From Thermoanaerobaculia bacterium (GTDB lineage: Bacteria; Acidobacteriota; Thermoanaerobaculia; UBA5066), in contig CAWFJJ010000025.1 in NCBI GenBank assembly GCA_963816185.1, forward strand, positions 544,001 to 608,000: DNA of 64,000 nucleotides, read 5' to 3'. The notes under the pieces are model-generated. The model had not been told where the DNA came from, did no database searches, and worked only from the letters and a program-made list of their open reading frames with translations. This document shows, piece by piece, positions 61,725-64,000 of the stretch. Each line of letters starts with the position of its first letter. The first letter of the stretch is position 1. Both the position numbers and the translations under genes were made by a program.

Positions 61725-62459
61725 TCACGCGAGGAGTCTGGGGCCGAGCCCCTGAACGACGACGTCGCCGACAAAGTGGCAAATGATCGCGTACGGAAGA
61801 CCCCAGCGCCAGAACAGCCAGCCGAAGAGCAGGCCTCCGGCACCGTTAAGAAGCAGTACCGCGCCGATCAAGGTTGTGGTCGGATGCGCTACCGCCAGCC
61901 AAGCTGGCAGATGAACTAACGCGAAAAGCAACGCGGAGGTGAGGAGGGATAGGAACATGGCTCGCGCTGAAGTGGGACTTAGCCAATTGACCAACCAAGC
62001 GATGACACTCATTGCAAAAAGGCGAAAGACAACCTCTTCGAGAATCGACGATTCGAAGGCCAACGCCAACGGGCGCCATGCTGGCTCAGTGAGACGATTC
62101 AGGAAGCGAGCATGAAGCGCTGGCTCACGCTGGGCCAGGAACGCGAGAGCGGCCAAGAGCACGAACCCGAGTGCGCCACCGGCCACGGCAGAGAGGAGGG
62201 CTAAGCGGCCTCGCTGTCGTCCTAGATGCGCCGGAACGCGGCGGCAGCGCGACGCAGCGGAGAAGCCCGAGATCACGAAGAAAGCGCCCGCGACGGAGCC
62301 GACCGCTACGTAAATCACGTTGGCCGGCTGTGGCACCGCCAGACAGAGCGCGAGCACGAATGCCAGCCAGGTGCCGAGGAGTGTGACGATGGGTTCTCTG
62401 TCCACGCTGCCTGCGAAGTGACTCGTTGCCGGCTCCGCAGCCTGAGGATATCGTTTCAA
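61725..62459 (-). CDS. CPBP (CAAX/Abi) family intramembrane metalloprotease
   Basis: LEEVVFR, FALVH, ICHFVGD; start uncertain. Confidence 0.85.
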   Translation of the reverse strand: MKRYPQAAEPATSHFAGSVDREPIVTLLGTWLAFVLALCLAVPQPANVIYVAVGSVAGAFFVISGFSAASRCRRVPAHLGRQRGRLALLSAVAGGALGFVLLAALAFLAQREPALHARFLNRLTEPAWRPLALAFESSILEEVVFRLFAMSVIAWLVNWLSPTSARAMFLSLLTSALLFALVHLPAWLAVAHPTTTLIGAVLLLNGAGGLLFGWLFWRWGLPYAIICHFVGDVVVQGLGPRLLA

Positions 62460-62543
62460 TGAAATCGAGAAAAGGGCCGTCCTCGCCGACCAAGCAAGGG
62501 AGGACAGCCCGATGAGGTGCCGACCTCTCTGGAGGGGTTCTCC

Positions 62544-62568
62544 TCGCTGCGGCGCGTTGTTAGGCAGC
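62544..62568 (-). mobile_element. Partial attC (R''/L'' half) beside the IS
   Basis: Minus strand GCTGCCTAAC AACGC GCCGCAGCG; no clear R' box found. Confidence 0.55.
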
Positions 62569-62573
62569 AGGCG

Positions 62574-63976
62574 GGTTCAGTCCGGGCACATGGGTTACAG
62601 AACGGTCCAGGCACATGGGTGACACAGGGCAGAGTTCGGGCGGGAGGAGAAACGCCCGATGCCCTGGAAGGAGACGACACCCGTGGCCGAGAGGATGCAG
62701 AGCCTGGTGGATTATCGAAGCGGGCTTTTCACGGTGAGCTTTCTGGCCGAGCGGCACGGCGTGAGCCGCAAGACGCTCTACAAGTGGATCGAGAGATTCG
62801 AGGCGGAAGGTGTGGCAGGGCTCGAGGACCAGATGCGCCGGCCGCACTGGCACCCGAATCAGACCGCTGGGGATGTCGAGTCGGCCATCACCGAGTTTCG
62901 ACGCAAACACCCCGACTGGGGCCCGAAGAAGATCGTCCACGTGCTGGCGACGCGCGACCAGGAGACGAGCTGGCCGGCACGAAGCACGGTGGCGGCGATT
63001 CTCAAGAGACACGGGCTCGTGAAGGCGCGGCGCCGCAGACGGCCCGTCGGGCATCCGGGACGTCCGATGACGGTGGCTGAGAAGGCGAATGCGCTGTGGG
63101 CCACGGACTTCAAGGGCGAGTTCCTGACGGGCGACGGGATCTACTGCTACCCGCTGACGGTGAGCGACCTCTATAGCCGATACCTCATCGGGTGCAGAGG
63201 GCTGCTCTCGACGAAGGCGGACGGCGTGAAGAAAAGCTTCGAACGGCTGTTTCGCGAACATGGATTGCCCGATGCGATCCGAAGCGACAACGGGGTTCCG
63301 TTTGCGTCGACGGGCCTGGGGCGGCTCTCGCGCCTCTCGGTGTGGTGGATCAAGCTGGGAATCAGGCCCGAGCTCACGCAGCCGGCCCACCCCGAGCAGA
63401 ACGGCTCGCACGAGAGGATGCATCGCACGCTCAAGCGGGCGACGACTCACCCCGTGGGGCGCGACCTCAGAGGCCAGCAGAAACGCTTCGACGCCTTCCA
63501 GCTGGAGTTCAACACCGAGCGGCCCCACGAAAGCATCGGCATGAAACGGCCCGCCGATCTTTACCGTCCTTCACTGCGCACGTTCCCGTCCAAGCTCGCA
63601 CCCATCGAGTACCCGGGCCACTTCGAGGTCAGGCGCGTCAGCCGCAACGGCGGGATCCGCTGGAAGACGGGCTGGCTCAGCGTCAGCCACCCCCTGATCG
63701 ACGAGTACGTCGGGCTCGAGGAGGTCGACGACGGCATCTGGAACCTGTACTTCGGTTCGCTACTGCTGGGGCGCTTCGACGAGCGCGACAAGAAACTCTA
63801 TGCAGCCTTTTATGAACACCGGCCCTGGCACCGCGGCGGCCGCACTAGGCGCGGGGCTGAGAGCTCTACGCAAGAAGATTTCCACGATCTCCACAGCACG
63901 ACGACGACGAGGTAACTGTTGATAAGTGTTACCCATGTGCCTGGACTAAAGTGTTACCTATGTGCCCGACCGTTCA
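62574..63976 (+). mobile_element. IS481-family insertion sequence
   Basis: Two 20-bp GTCCRGGCACATGGGTNACA repeats at the left end (62580, 62605), inverted copies at the right end (63927, 63952). Exact left boundary and target duplication unclear. Confidence 0.85.
62659..63915 (+). CDS. IS481-family DDE transposase
   Basis: MPWKE, HTH GVSRKTLYKWIER, WATDFKG, SDNG, NGSHERMHRTLK. Confidence 0.93.
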   Translation: MPWKETTPVAERMQSLVDYRSGLFTVSFLAERHGVSRKTLYKWIERFEAEGVAGLEDQMRRPHWHPNQTAGDVESAITEFRRKHPDWGPKKIVHVLATRDQETSWPARSTVAAILKRHGLVKARRRRRPVGHPGRPMTVAEKANALWATDFKGEFLTGDGIYCYPLTVSDLYSRYLIGCRGLLSTKADGVKKSFERLFREHGLPDAIRSDNGVPFASTGLGRLSRLSVWWIKLGIRPELTQPAHPEQNGSHERMHRTLKRATTHPVGRDLRGQQKRFDAFQLEFNTERPHESIGMKRPADLYRPSLRTFPSKLAPIEYPGHFEVRRVSRNGGIRWKTGWLSVSHPLIDEYVGLEEVDDGIWNLYFGSLLLGRFDERDKKLYAAFYEHRPWHRGGRTRRGAESSTQEDFHDLHSTTTTR

Positions 63977-64000
63977 CTGCGGTTCAGGCGAGCTCTTGCC

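Overview
GC-rich bacterial chromosomal segment (about 69% GC by eye; protein families suggest Acidobacteriota/Thermoanaerobaculia, which is inference). It is densely coding, with many stop/start overlaps. Housekeeping genes: ppdK, an RNB ribonuclease, sua5, proBA, mutL, typA, pcnB. Other loci: a MacAB-type ABC exporter, a vapBC pair, rhomboid-NfeD-flotillin, two ECF sigma/anti-sigma loci with visible promoters, and a seven-gene xdh-ssnA-ygfK-ygeW-ygeY anaerobic purine-catabolism-like operon. The right end is an integron-type attC cassette array interrupted by an IS481 element. Best candidate for an undescribed system (4.3-7.8 kb, minus strand): a sigma-region-2-only protein coupled to a TPR protein, then a terminator, then a 51-aa ORF ending in three identical GASVGPI(G) repeats, resembling a peptide signal/receptor module. 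Also notable: a dispersed AT-rich TTCTTAGAA motif (8 exact copies, inside and between genes) and a pattern of apparently leaderless genes. Three frameshifts are probably assembly errors. No rRNA, tRNA or CRISPR array was seen.
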